Shown piece after piece: positions 1 to 18,549 of a stretch of 64,000 nucleotides of DNA. Source of the stretch: Escherichia coli (lineage in GTDB: Bacteria; Pseudomonadota; Gammaproteobacteria; Enterobacterales; Enterobacteriaceae); NCBI RefSeq assembly GCF_001677475.2, contig NZ_CP015229.1; one strand, written 5' to 3'. Every line of letters begins with the position of its first letter. Positions within the stretch are counted from its first letter, which is position 1. Position numbers and translations under genes: made by a program. The notes beneath the pieces were generated by a model that saw only the letters and a list, made by a program, of their open reading frames with translations, did not search any database and was not told the DNA's origin.

Positions 1-1074
1 TGCGCTCAGGCTTACCGAAATCTTCTTCCCACGGCTGTTCAAAGCCCGGAATACGCAAGTTGGATACGGAGAAACCGACCAGACCGGCTTTCGGCTTTGC
101 GCCACGCCCGGTGGCACCTTCATCGCGGATTTCACCGCCGGAACCGGTCGCCGCGCCCGGCCACGGAGAAATCGCCGTCGGGTGGTTGTGGGTTTCGACT
201 TTCATCAGAATATGCGCCGGTTCCTGATGGAAATCGTAGCGGCCCGTTTCGTGGTCAGCAAAGTAGCGGCCCACTTCAGACCCTTCCATGACGGCGGCGT
301 TATCTTTATAAGCAGAGAGAACGTGATCCGGCGTAGTTTCGAAGGTGTTTTTGATCATCTTGAACAGCGATTTCGGCTGCTGTTCACCGTCGATAATCCA
401 GTCGGCGTTAAAAATTTTGTGGCGGCAGTGCTCAGAGTTCGCCTGAGCGAACATATACAGCTCAATGTCGTTCGGGTTACGACCAAGCTTTGTGAAAGCA
501 TCCTGCAGATAGTCGATTTCATCTTCCGCCAATGCCAGGCCAAGGCGCAGGTTAGCGTCGATTAGCGCCTGACGGCCCTGCCCCAGCAAATCTACGCTGG
601 TGACCGGAGTCGGTTGATGGTGTGCAAACAGCTGCTCTGCATCATCTAAAGCAAAAAAGACCGTTTCCATCATGCGGTCGTGCAGTTCAGCGGTAACCTG
701 CTGCCATTGTTCATTGGTCAGCGTACCGGCTTCTATATAGTAAGCCACGCCGCGCTCAAGGCGGTTAACCTGTTGCAGCCCGCAGTTATGGGCAATATCG
801 GTCGCTTTCGAAGACCAGGGAGAGATGGTGCCAGGACGCGGGGTCACCAGCAGGAGTTTGCCTTGCGGGGCGTGGCTGGCGAGTGCCGGGCCATATTTCA
901 GCAGGCGTTCAAGTTGTGCGTGCTCATCATCGTTTAACGGCGCATTGAGGTCAGCAAAATGGACATACTCGGCGTAAATATTGTGAACCGGGAGCCTGGC
1001 AGCCTGAAAACGTGCCAGCAGTTTGTTGATTCGGAATGCCGACAATGCAGGCGAACCACGCAGAATTTCCATCA
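1..1074 (-). CDS. purL: phosphoribosylformylglycinamidine synthase PurL, N-terminal 358 codons; gene continues past window start
   Basis: Minus-strand frame open from ATG at 1072-1074 to the window edge; translation starts [20 protein letters not shown], recognised as E. coli PurL; absent from ORF track because no stop lies in the window. Confidence 0.9.
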
Positions 1075-1152
1075 TAAGTCTCTCGTCTTCTAAGCTTTCG
1101 GTGTACCCAAGGGGGGGGAAACGGGCGTCATTATAAAGAATCTGATGCGCTG

Positions 1153-1168
1153 ACGAAACCGTTTGCGT
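1153..1168. promoter_or_regulatory. candidate PurR operator (pur box) upstream of purL
   Basis: Near-palindrome ACGAAACCGTTTGCGT about 80 bp upstream of the purL start, resembling the PurR consensus ACGCAAACGTTTGCGT. Confidence 0.5.
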
Positions 1169-1333
1169 GGAAATAAAATCACCATCGAGAATTAGCAACG
1201 CGTGCCGCCAATGGCTGTAATAAGTTGCCATCTGGCGCAGGTTTACGCAAAATGCCGCTCATTTATGAGTAAACCTTTCACTATTATTACGTTTTTTCAA
1301 GCTGGGACGCGCACGACACAGAGAATTAACTAA

Positions 1334-3435
<2,102 letters not shown>

Positions 3436-3447
3436 CTATGCTTTACT

Positions 3448-4083
3448 CTATTCCAGTTGCTGGAGTTCACCGCGCGGGGTTACTCGCCAACGATGCTGAC
3501 AGAAATAAAGCAGCGGGTTGTCCTGATTACTGTCGCTATAGCCACTGTACAACCGCAGTGGCGTGCCGATTTTACGCTCCAGTTGCGCGACCTTCTCATG
3601 CCCGAGGCAACGCATCGTCAATACCCAACCACCATAGCCACGCTGAATCTGACTGGCGATAAGATTAACCCGCGGCAGCCAGGGCGTATCGAAATAAACC
3701 GCTTCAACCAGCGGCTGCGGAGAGCCGGTAATCAACCAGATATCAGCATCGGAACTTAACAGGTAGGTGGTTAATCGCTCCTGAACCAGCGGAAAGGCGG
3801 TAACATTGTCACGAAACCAGCGTACGAAATCGGCCTGCAACGCCTGCAAACGCGCTTCATTGTGACCAAAAGTGCATCCCCACAGAAGCAGGCTCATCGG
3901 CCAGCGTGCCGCACGACCTTTTATCAATAACGCAATGGCTATGATCGGCAACAACGGCAGAACAAGTAACGCATTCAGCGGTTGGCGACGCAGTAAATAA
4001 CGCAAAAAACTGCCGAACATATCCTGCTGATGCAATGTTCCATCTAAGTCAAAAAACACCACACGACGCTCGTGAGTTGCCAA
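3448..4083 (-). CDS. pgpC: phosphatidylglycerophosphatase C (HAD-like, N-terminal membrane anchor)
   Basis: 211-aa ORF; HAD motif VVFFDLDGTL; matches recalled YfhB/PgpC length and position. Confidence 0.88.
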   Translation of the reverse strand: MATHERRVVFFDLDGTLHQQDMFGSFLRYLLRRQPLNALLVLPLLPIIAIALLIKGRAARWPMSLLLWGCTFGHNEARLQALQADFVRWFRDNVTAFPLVQERLTTYLLSSDADIWLITGSPQPLVEAVYFDTPWLPRVNLIASQIQRGYGGWVLTMRCLGHEKVAQLERKIGTPLRLYSGYSDSNQDNPLLYFCQHRWRVTPRGELQQLE

Positions 4084-4291
4084 ACCATACTCCTCTGGAC
4101 TGAAACATCCTGATTAATTTTCGCTACTACATAGCCTAACAGATAGATCATCACTTTTCCGGCAACAATCGACCGCATCATGGCTAACTGGAATTTTTAA
4201 TTCATGGCAATTAGCGGCAATGGAATATAAAATTCACTCGCGTGTGTCTCATATTGCCTGTTGTCGCCACTATTTCATCGCGAGGAAAGAT

Positions 4292-5140
4292 ATGAACGGC
4301 TTACTTCGTATCCGTCAGCGTTACCAGGGGCTTGCCCAAAGTGATAAAAAACTGGCGGATTATCTGCTGCTACAACCTGATACGGCGCGCCATTTAAGCT
4401 CTCAGCAACTGGCCAACGAAGCCGGAGTCAGTCAGTCCAGCGTCGTGAAGTTCGCGCAAAAACTCGGCTATAAAGGTTTCCCGGCGCTTAAGTTAGCGTT
4501 GAGTGAAGCGCTGGCAAGCCAGCCGGAATCTCCCTCCGTGCCCATTCATAACCAAATCCGCGGTGATGATCCGTTACGGCTGGTCGGCGAAAAACTGATT
4601 AAAGAAAATACTGCCGCTATGTACGCAACGCTAAACGTTAATAGTGAAGAGAAACTGCATGAATGCGTAACAATGTTGCGCTCTGCGCGGCGGATAATTC
4701 TGACCGGTATTGGCGCTTCGGGTCTGGTGGCGCAAAACTTTGCCTGGAAGCTGATGAAGATTGGCTTCAATGCTGCCGCAGTGCGCGATATGCATGCGCT
4801 ACTCGCTACAGTACAGGCGTCGTCCCCTGACGATCTGTTATTAGCCATTTCTTACACCGGTGTACGACGCGAGTTAAACCTGGCGGCAGATGAGATGCTG
4901 CGAGTGGGCGGAAAAGTGCTGGCGATTACCGGCTTTACTCCCAATGCCCTGCAACAGCGCGCTTCTCATTGCCTGTATACCATTGCCGAAGAACAAGCGA
5001 CAAACAGTGCTTCAATCTCTGCTTGTCACGCGCAGGGAATGTTAACGGATTTGCTGTTCATTGCGCTGATTCAGCAGGATCTGGAACTGGCACCAGAACG
5101 TATTCGTCATAGTGAAGCGCTGGTGAAAAAACTGGTCTGA
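4292..5140 (+). CDS. yfhH: RpiR/MurR-family transcriptional regulator (HTH + SIS domain)
   Basis: ATG at 4292 preceded by GAGGAAAGA; 282 aa matching K-12 YfhH length; HTH segment followed by SIS-like region. Confidence 0.88.
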   Translation: MNGLLRIRQRYQGLAQSDKKLADYLLLQPDTARHLSSQQLANEAGVSQSSVVKFAQKLGYKGFPALKLALSEALASQPESPSVPIHNQIRGDDPLRLVGEKLIKENTAAMYATLNVNSEEKLHECVTMLRSARRIILTGIGASGLVAQNFAWKLMKIGFNAAAVRDMHALLATVQASSPDDLLLAISYTGVRRELNLAADEMLRVGGKVLAITGFTPNALQQRASHCLYTIAEEQATNSASISACHAQGMLTDLLFIALIQQDLELAPERIRHSEALVKKLV

Positions 5141-5159
5141 GTAAAGAATGCGCGTATAA

Positions 5160-5456
<297 letters not shown>

Positions 5457-5649
5457 TATTCTGCTCTGGAAGTAGAGTATTAATTATTTTACAGGAAAGC
5501 CTTAACGCCATTATATTTATTTAATTGATGACATTAGCATAATTATTCACAAAATGAATTTATATAATATCTGCCCAGACATTTATTTATAATTATTAAA
5601 GGCGCGCCTGGCTGGTTAACCTGACGCGCCTTAAGTACGTTTCCTTATG

Positions 5650-5730
5650 TTATAAGAACAGAAGGATCAGCTGTAAAACAGCAATGATGATTTTGATGAC
5701 CCGTTTAATAAGGTATCGGCAATCAGTCAT
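5650..5730 (-). CDS. shoB: type I toxin ShoB, 26-aa hydrophobic peptide
   Basis: Reverse complement of 5650-5730 translates exactly to MTDCRYLIKRVIKIIIAVLQLILLFL plus stop; too short for the ORF track. Confidence 0.9.
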   Translation of the reverse strand: MTDCRYLIKRVIKIIIAVLQLILLFL

Positions 5731-6051
5731 TCGTTTTTCCTTAAACAAGGAATGCAGCCGTTCAGATTAGCCCTTACATCTCCCCAAAACTGAACGTGCG
5801 AGTTATTGGAATCGAGTGCTGCACTCCACACCAGAGCTTTGACGACACCACTCGTTTCAATGGGGGAATTCAGTGGCATGGTGTAAAGCACAGCAAAATT
5901 GCCAATAACGAAACCGATTTTAATGTACTTATCAAAAAGCGGTCACGTTAATCTTTTCATCAATGTCGATTTCTTCGTAAAGGCTCGCGTTTTTTATGTC
6001 AGAGATTGCAAGTTGCTTGTACAGGTCAACTAAATTGATCCATAATCATTT

Positions 6052-6128
6052 CCGTTGGAATCGTGTGCTGCACAAAATTAAAGTTGTAAAGTGAAAACCC
6101 CCGTTCCTTACCAGTTCGGGGGTTTTAC
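6052..6128 (+). ncRNA. ohsC: candidate antitoxin sRNA OhsC, divergent from shoB
   Basis: Sigma70-like -35 TTGTAC / 18 bp / -10 CATAAT (6041-6046); rho-independent hairpin CCCCCG...CGGGGG + T-tract at 6098-6126; 19-nt segment 6055-6073 matches plus-strand 5806-5824 in the shoB 5'-UTR region at 18/19 positions, the expected pairing site. Confidence 0.45.
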
Positions 6129-6151
6129 TTTATAAAGAGAACGGTATTTTT

Positions 6152-6532
6152 TTAACTTTCAATAATTACCGTGGCACAAGCATAGTGGCGTTCATCTGCC
6201 AGCGTTACATGCATATTTACAACGCCGAGCTTTTCCGCCAGTTTTAATGCCTCACCCCATAGCCGTAGCCGTGGTTTGCCGAGCTCATCATTGAATACTT
6301 CAAATTGATTAAACGCCAGACCATTGCGGATCCCGGTGCCAAACGCTTTTGCCGCCGCTTCTTTCACAGCAAAACGCTTCGCCAGAAAACGCACCGGCTG
6401 GTGGTGCGTTTTCCAGATTGCCCATTCGTTATCGCTTAATACGCGGCGTGCCAGGCGTTCACCGGATCGGGCGATCACCGCTTCTATGCGAGCGATCTCC
6501 ACAATATCCGTACCTAAACCTAATATTGCCAT
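6152..6532 (-). CDS. acpS: holo-[acyl-carrier-protein] synthase
   Basis: 126-aa ORF starting [13 protein letters not shown]; last gene of the rnc-era-recO-pdxJ-acpS cluster. Confidence 0.95.
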
Positions 6533-7263
6533 TAGCCACGCGATTCCAGCATCAGACGCTTCATTTCTGCCACCGCATCTTTCAGTCCGGTCATCACTGC
6601 ACGACCAATAATGGCATGACCGATATTCAGTTCATGCATCTCAGGGATGGCAGCAATAGCTTTCACGTTGTGATAGGTCAGACCGTGACCAGCGTTAACT
6701 TTCAGACCGAGACTAGCGGCAAAGGTCGCGGCTTTGGCGATACGCGCCAGCTCTTGCGCCTGTTCGGCGTCAGTTTTGGCATCAGCATAGCAACCGGTGT
6801 GGATCTCGATAAACGGTGCGCCAACCTCTGCCGCAGCTTTGATCTGCTCTTCATCGGCGTCGATAAACAGAGAAACCTGGATCCCGGCCTCCGCCAGACG
6901 TTTACAGGCATCGCGCATTTTGTCACGCTGCCCTGCGACGTCCAGGCCGCCTTCGGTTGTTACTTCCTGACGCTTTTCCGGTACCAGACAGCAAAAATGT
7001 GGCTTCGTCTCAACGGCGATCGCCAGCATCTCTTCGGTCACCGCCATCTCCAGATTCATGCGGGTATCCAGCGTCTGCCGCAGGATACGCACGTCGCGGT
7101 CGGTAATGTGGCGGCGATCTTCACGTAAATGCACGGTAATGCCGTCCGCTCCCGCCTGCTCAGCAATAAACGCCGCCTGCACCGGATCCGGGTAAGCAGT
7201 ACCGCGTGCGTTACGCAGCGTTGCAATATGGTCAATGTTGACGCCTAACAGTAATTCAGCCAT
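6532..7263 (-). CDS. pdxJ: pyridoxine 5'-phosphate synthase
   Basis: 243 aa from [21 protein letters not shown]; 1-nt overlap with acpS. Confidence 0.95.
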
Positions 7264-7274
7264 GACAATCCTCA

Positions 7275-8003
7275 TCATTCATAATGTGTTTTCACCGTTC
7301 GCTTAGGCATAAACTGCCGGAACAGTTCCCTGCTCTTTAATGGTTTACCGCCAAGATACGGCTTAAGCGCCATGCGGGTAAAGCGTTTCGCGGCGCGTAG
7401 TGTGTCTGCGTCAGGAAATTCCCGCGCGTTTAACGCTTTTAACTGCCTTCCGGTGAACGTTTTATTGTCGATAACGACGCTTGCGATAAACCCTTTTTCT
7501 TCGCGATAACGATACGTCATGGTGTCATCTACCGGCTCGCCGCTACCCGCGCAATGGGTAAAATTGACGCCATAGCCCAGATGCCCGAGCAGTGCCAGTT
7601 CAAAGCGGCGCAGCGCGGGTTCTGGCGTACCAGTGGCACCTGCAAGTGACTGAATGCAGTGCAAGTAATCGAAAAAGAGTTCAGAGAAGCGCGTCTCGTA
7701 TTCCAGTACGCGGGAGAGAAGTTCGTTGATGTACAGACCGCTGTAAAGCGTGATACCGCTTAATGGCAGCGCCAGCGAGACAGCTTCAGCACTGCGCAGC
7801 GTTTTGACTTCGCCACGCCCGCCAAAACGTAGCAAGAGAGGGGTGAAAGGCTGTAATGCACCTTTCAGAGTAGAGCGTTTAGAGCGTGCGCCTTTGGCAA
7901 CCAGACGCACGCGACCCGATTCCTCCGTGAAGACGTCCAGCATCAGGCTGGTTTCGCTCCACGGGCGACTATGCAATACGAATGCGCGCTGCCAGCCTTC
8001 CAT
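7275..8003 (-). CDS. recO: DNA repair protein RecO
   Basis: 242 aa from [20 protein letters not shown]. Confidence 0.95.
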
Positions 8004-8134
8004 CATACTCGTCGCCTTTCAAGTTGCAGGTGCCTTGGCTGCACCCGTTCACCCTGGTCACTTACTTTAGTAAGCTCCCAGGGATTCACGGTCTTGCCGC
8101 CTTCCTGCACCTCGAAAGTCATAGAGTATGCTAA

Positions 8135-9747
<1,613 letters not shown>

Positions 9748-9988
9748 TCAGCACACGAAACAGACCTGATATACATGGCTCTGCTAACTGCTTCGCTGCA
9801 GTTTCAGTTTAGCGGTATATGGGGACCAACGCTGTTTCGTGTGCCGTGGCAACCTGGAGGTGCCAACCTTAAACTTCGGGGGAATATTCTATACACAACG
9901 ACGGGGGATGTCGTTAGCCACGGGAGATTTATCTCATAAATAATTCACGTTGTCGCCATAACGGCGACAACGTGAACGAAGATGGCTA

Positions 9989-10963
9989 TTAATGGATGCC
10001 GCCAATGCGACTTAAGCGCACACCTGTCGGCCATTCGCCTTCTTGCTTATCGAAGCTCATCCAGATAGCCGTTGCCCGACCGACCAGATTCGCTTCCGGC
10101 ACAAAGCCCCAGTAACGGCTGTCCGCGCTGTTGTCGCGGTTGTCGCCCATCATGAAGTATTGCCCCGGCGGTACAATCCAGGTTGCCAGTTGTTGCCCTG
10201 GCTGCTGGTAATACATCCCCACCTGATCCTGCGCAATCGGCACTGTCAGAATACGATGCGTCACATCACCCAGTGTCTCTTTACGCTCGGAAAGACGAAT
10301 TCCATTTTCTTTGGTTTCGTTTTTCGGCACTTCAAAGAATCCGCTGGTCGCTTCCCCACCATTACGGCGTGAGAAGGTCTGAACGAAATCGCTCGGTTCC
10401 ACGTTTGAGTAGGTGACCGGCAGCGCGTTTTCACACGCCTGGCCGGAACTGCATCCCGGTTGAATCGTCAGCTCTTTTGAGACCGGATCATAAGTGACTT
10501 TATCGCCCGGCAAACCCACCGCGCGCTTGATGTAATCAAGCTTTGGATCTTCCGGATATTTAAAGACCACGATATCGCCGCGTTTCGGATGACCGGTTTC
10601 GATCAGCGTTTTCTGGTAGATAGGATCTTTAATGCCATAAGCAAACTTCTCTACCAGAATAAAATCACCGATTAACAGAGTCGGCATCATCGAACCTGAC
10701 GGGATCTGGAACGGTTCATAAATAAACGAACGCACAATCAATACGATAGCCAGCACCGGAAAAACAGAAGCACCGGTTTCCAGCCAGCCAGGCTTCGGCG
10801 CAACTTTCTTCAGCGTTGCTTTATCCAGTGAGTCACCGGCAGCCGCCTGCGCCGCTGCCTGACGTTCCCGCCGTTTAGGTGCGAAAAAGAATTTATCCAC
10901 GCACCATAAAATGCCCGTCACCAGTGTGGCAATCACCAGAATCAGGGCAAACATATTCGCCAT
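9989..10963 (-). CDS. lepB: signal peptidase I
   Basis: 324 aa; catalytic Ser box SGSMMPTL; two N-terminal TM segments. Confidence 0.96.
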   Translation of the reverse strand: MANMFALILVIATLVTGILWCVDKFFFAPKRRERQAAAQAAAGDSLDKATLKKVAPKPGWLETGASVFPVLAIVLIVRSFIYEPFQIPSGSMMPTLLIGDFILVEKFAYGIKDPIYQKTLIETGHPKRGDIVVFKYPEDPKLDYIKRAVGLPGDKVTYDPVSKELTIQPGCSSGQACENALPVTYSNVEPSDFVQTFSRRNGGEATSGFFEVPKNETKENGIRLSERKETLGDVTHRILTVPIAQDQVGMYYQQPGQQLATWIVPPGQYFMMGDNRDNSADSRYWGFVPEANLVGRATAIWMSFDKQEGEWPTGVRLSRIGGIH

Positions 10964-10978
10964 GCCAACTCCTAAGGG

Positions 10979-12778
<1,800 letters not shown>

Positions 12779-12975
12779 AAAGTATGATTATTGTGCCTTA
12801 ATGCCCGGTTAACCAGGCTTTTAGAAGTCGCTGTTCTGAGCTTAACGTCTGTATTAATAGAAACGCCGCATTCTACACTACAACATTGAGGCGAGGAAAT
12901 GTTCATACCGTATGGATTGTGGTATCTGGAAACGTCCTCGCATTTGTTATGCAAAATGCAACAAAGCCAGTGAAA

Positions 12976-13455
12976 TCACTGGCTCGCGTCTTCCGAAGAT
13001 GTTTCAAATCGCACAAGGCCAGGCGGCAATGCCACGCTTAAGATGATCGGTTGCCATTCAGACCGGGCAGCAAACTTTCGAGAGCAGCCACGTGCAATCA
13101 GGAATCCACCAACGCCACCGAGAATCGCACCGCATAATGCTGCAATATCTGAAGCAAAGAGTAGCTGAAATAGTGAAGCGATGAGGAATAGTCCCACCAA
13201 CGGCGACATATAAACCAGTAATGCGGAGCTAAGCAGGCTGCCTTCGGCGATTCCTAATTCTACTTTTTGCCCCGGCACTAACGGCTCATCACAGGGTACG
13301 ACAATGGTATGCGTGGTTTGCGGGCCAAGTTTATTCAACACGCGGCTACCGCAACCGGCGCGTGAAGCGCAGCTGCTGCATGAGGCTTTAACATCACAAC
13401 TGACCAGCGCCTGCCCGTTTTGCCAGGAGACGACGGTAGCCCACTCTTTGATCAT
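12976..13455 (-). CDS. rseC: sigma-E regulatory protein RseC
   Basis: 159 aa; position and sequence in the rpoE-rseABC operon. Confidence 0.93.
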   Translation of the reverse strand: MIKEWATVVSWQNGQALVSCDVKASCSSCASRAGCGSRVLNKLGPQTTHTIVVPCDEPLVPGQKVELGIAEGSLLSSALLVYMSPLVGLFLIASLFQLLFASDIAALCGAILGGVGGFLIARGCSRKFAARSEWQPIILSVALPPGLVRFETSSEDASQ

Positions 13456-14408
13456 TGCGCTGCCCCGAACTTAATATTCTCGGCAATGCGTTTCGCCGTT
13501 TGCGGCGGCAGTTCACCGACAATGGTGATTTCGGCGTTATCACGTACGCTTGTACTGACGGTTCTGCGTCCGGTGCGCAACATCTGATCGGTGCTCGATG
13601 GCGTAGCGCGGTTAACGTTTACCGAGAAGCTGAATAATCCGTCGGAATAGAGACGTGATTCGATAGGCATGTTGTCCATCGTCGGTAGCGGACGTCGACT
13701 ACTGGAAACTTCGCTAAAACCCTGTGGCAACCAGGTTGGCGTCCAGCTGAATTTAGCTTTTTCACCTACAGGAACAGAAAGCAACGGCGGCAAATTTGCC
13801 TTCGCCAGCGTCTGCATACTGCTGCTGATATCCTGATTGACGTTAAAAGCAATCACGCGAAATTGTTCCAGCGTTTCACCATCGCGATCAAGGAGATCAA
13901 CCCTCATCGGTAATTTCGATTCAGTGTCCATCCACACGATGTAGCTGTAGCGTGTACCATCTCGGGCAACCACGCGAATGACTTCGCAAAGACGATCAGC
14001 AATACGCGTGCGCCCGACGGAGATAAAGTCGTAGTAAGGAGAAAGGCGTTTGAAATCGGTATAGATGAGCGATGGCAGAGAATCAACAATGTAATCGCCA
14101 TTAAGCGTGAACGGTTCAAGTCCCGGTTCAAAATAGCTGATTTCATTGCCGCGCTGTACCACTTCCCGGCGCGGGCCATCCATTTGCAACAATTGTGCAA
14201 GAGGACGGTTATCGAGGCGTGCATGTCGATAACGCAGAGACTCAACACCCTGTTTATTGATGCTGATGAATGACAGCTCGTAATTCAGTGACTGACTGGC
14301 CAGGTTCATCTGCTGTAATAACGCCCCGGACGCGGGAGTGGCCGAGGCGTTAGCAGAGAATAACAGGCTACCTGTCACTAATGACATGGCAAACCAAAGT
14401 TGCTTCAT
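13452..14408 (-). CDS. rseB: sigma-E regulatory protein RseB (periplasmic)
   Basis: 318 aa with signal peptide; overlaps rseC and rseA stop/start. Confidence 0.95.
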   Translation of the reverse strand: MKQLWFAMSLVTGSLLFSANASATPASGALLQQMNLASQSLNYELSFISINKQGVESLRYRHARLDNRPLAQLLQMDGPRREVVQRGNEISYFEPGLEPFTLNGDYIVDSLPSLIYTDFKRLSPYYDFISVGRTRIADRLCEVIRVVARDGTRYSYIVWMDTESKLPMRVDLLDRDGETLEQFRVIAFNVNQDISSSMQTLAKANLPPLLSVPVGEKAKFSWTPTWLPQGFSEVSSSRRPLPTMDNMPIESRLYSDGLFSFSVNVNRATPSSTDQMLRTGRRTVSTSVRDNAEITIVGELPPQTAKRIAENIKFGAAQ

Positions 14409-15058
14409 TACTGCGATTGCGTTCCTAAAGTTTGAATTCCTGGCACCTGTACAGCGGCTTGCTGGGTTTGCGCCTGCTCAAACTGAAGCTGTTCAGAGTG
14501 GAGTCGGCGTTGCAGTTCGTAATCCTGCAACATTGCATTAATGCGACGACGCTGCTCCTGTACCTGCTGCTGTTGACCATTGTTTGCGGTCGCTTCAGAA
14601 GGTACTCCCAGGCTTACCGGGCTGGCTTTACCCATCATCGGCAGTGTATTAAATACCGGCGTTTCGGGCTGCTGGGACGTTTCAGATTGTCCATTATAGT
14701 GCTGGACGCCAACGATAACTGCAAGCGATACGCATGCGGCTACGCCCATTTGGGTAAGCTGTGCCGCCCACGGACGTACTTTCTGCCAGAATGGCATTTT
14801 CTGCCATTGATGCGGCGCAGGCTGGGCTTCCGGGATCAATGTCGCCGGTTGACGTACTGGCTCTTCTTCAATGGCGGCCATCACGCGTGAAGAGATATCG
14901 AAATGGAGCACCTCGGGAGTATCACCCCGCATTGAATCACGGATTAAGTGATAGCTTTCCCAGGTTTTCTGCATTTCTGGGTTATGAGCCAGTTCGTTAA
15001 GCAGCTCACTATCCAGCGTTTCGCCATCCATTAAAGCGGAAAGTTGTTCTTTCTGCAT
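14408..15058 (-). CDS. rseA: anti-sigma-E factor RseA
   Basis: 216 aa from MQKEQLSALMDGETLD (ATG 15056-15058); the ORF track's longer form starts upstream in frame. Confidence 0.94.
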   Translation of the reverse strand: MQKEQLSALMDGETLDSELLNELAHNPEMQKTWESYHLIRDSMRGDTPEVLHFDISSRVMAAIEEEPVRQPATLIPEAQPAPHQWQKMPFWQKVRPWAAQLTQMGVAACVSLAVIVGVQHYNGQSETSQQPETPVFNTLPMMGKASPVSLGVPSEATANNGQQQQVQEQRRRINAMLQDYELQRRLHSEQLQFEQAQTQQAAVQVPGIQTLGTQSQ

Positions 15059-15090
15059 GCCTAATACCCTTATCCAGTATCCCGCTATCG

Positions 15091-15666
15091 TCAACGCCTG
15101 ATAAGCGGTTGAACTTTGTTATCAATAGCTTCCCTCGCTCGGAAGATACGTGAACGCACCGTACCTACCGGACAATCCATGATAGCGGCTATCTCTTCAT
15201 AGCTCAGGCCATCCAGCTCCCGCAAGGTTATTGCCATACGTAAATCTTCCGGGAGGGACTCAATAGTTCGGAAAACTATCTGTCTCAGTTCTTCTGACAA
15301 CATTAAGTTCTCAGGGTTCGAAATTTCTTTCAACGCGCCGCCACTTTCGAAGTTTTCAGCTTCAATGGCATCCACATCACTGGAAGGTGGACGACGCCCC
15401 TGAGCAACCAGGTAATTTTTCGCTGTATTTACAGCAATCCGATACAGCCATGTATAAAAAGCGCTATCTCCCCGGAACGAATCCAGCGCACGATAGGCTT
15501 TAATAAAAGCTTCTTGTACCACATCGGGAACATCACCCGACGGCACATAGCGGGAAACCAGACTCGCCACTTTATGCTGATAGCGCACTACCAGTAAGTT
15601 AAAGGCTTTCTGATCTCCCTTCTGGACCCGTTCAACCAGGACCTGGTCCGTTAACTGCTCGCTCAT
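15091..15666 (-). CDS. rpoE: RNA polymerase sigma-E (sigma-24)
   Basis: 191 aa from MSEQLTDQVLVERVQKGD; ECF sigma regions 2 and 4. Confidence 0.96.
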   Translation of the reverse strand: MSEQLTDQVLVERVQKGDQKAFNLLVVRYQHKVASLVSRYVPSGDVPDVVQEAFIKAYRALDSFRGDSAFYTWLYRIAVNTAKNYLVAQGRRPPSSDVDAIEAENFESGGALKEISNPENLMLSEELRQIVFRTIESLPEDLRMAITLRELDGLSYEEIAAIMDCPVGTVRSRIFRAREAIDNKVQPLIRR

Positions 15667-15748
15667 CCGAGGTAAAGTCTCCCCAAACCAAATTTCCACG
15701 CGCTATCGAAACGCCACTCCATTAGCTGCAATTTGAGCAAGCAAAGGG

Positions 15749-15776
15749 TTAGAGTGTCTCGTTTTTGTAAAGTTCC
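15749..15776 (-). promoter_or_regulatory. sigma-E-dependent promoter (rpoE P2-like)
   Basis: On minus strand GGAACTT - 16 nt - TCTAA, matching the sigma-E consensus, about 80 bp upstream of the rpoE start. Confidence 0.65.
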
Positions 15777-16049
15777 GTAACGCATCTGTTTTTGTTTGTC
15801 ATGCTGTAGACGGATCATTATCTATCATTATAAGTCTACAGAATCTGAACATCGCATTATCTGTGTAGAAATGCCCATTTAACTGCCTGAAGAGTAACCC
15901 AACGGCCTTTTTATTTCACCACCTAATCCTCCACCAGCCAGTAACTTCTCTTTTTCTCGCCGCCCTGAGTCAGCGTGTTTAGCCACTGTAACAAATATTA
16001 AAATAGCAGGTGTTTAATCGCACAACATGATGCTATGCTGACCAAACCG

Positions 16050-18418
<2,369 letters not shown>

Positions 18419-18549
18419 GAAAATAAAACCTTGCAGGAAAAACGGCGATAGCACCGGGTGAGAACAATACCCGAGAAGCGATATCCATACAAACAGATGA
18501 AGATTGCAGCCGTAACGTCTATAATCAGCGCCCCACACAGAGGTAGAAC

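Noticed and set aside
1075-1333. Run of eight G's (CCCAAGGGGGGGGAAACGGG) upstream of purL
   Set aside because: Single homopolymer in the purL 5' region with no repeat structure; probably leader sequence, so not reported as a feature
6349-7128. 259-aa plus-strand ORF
   Set aside because: Lies entirely antisense to pdxJ/acpS, whose products are recognised with certainty; a shadow ORF in GC-rich coding sequence
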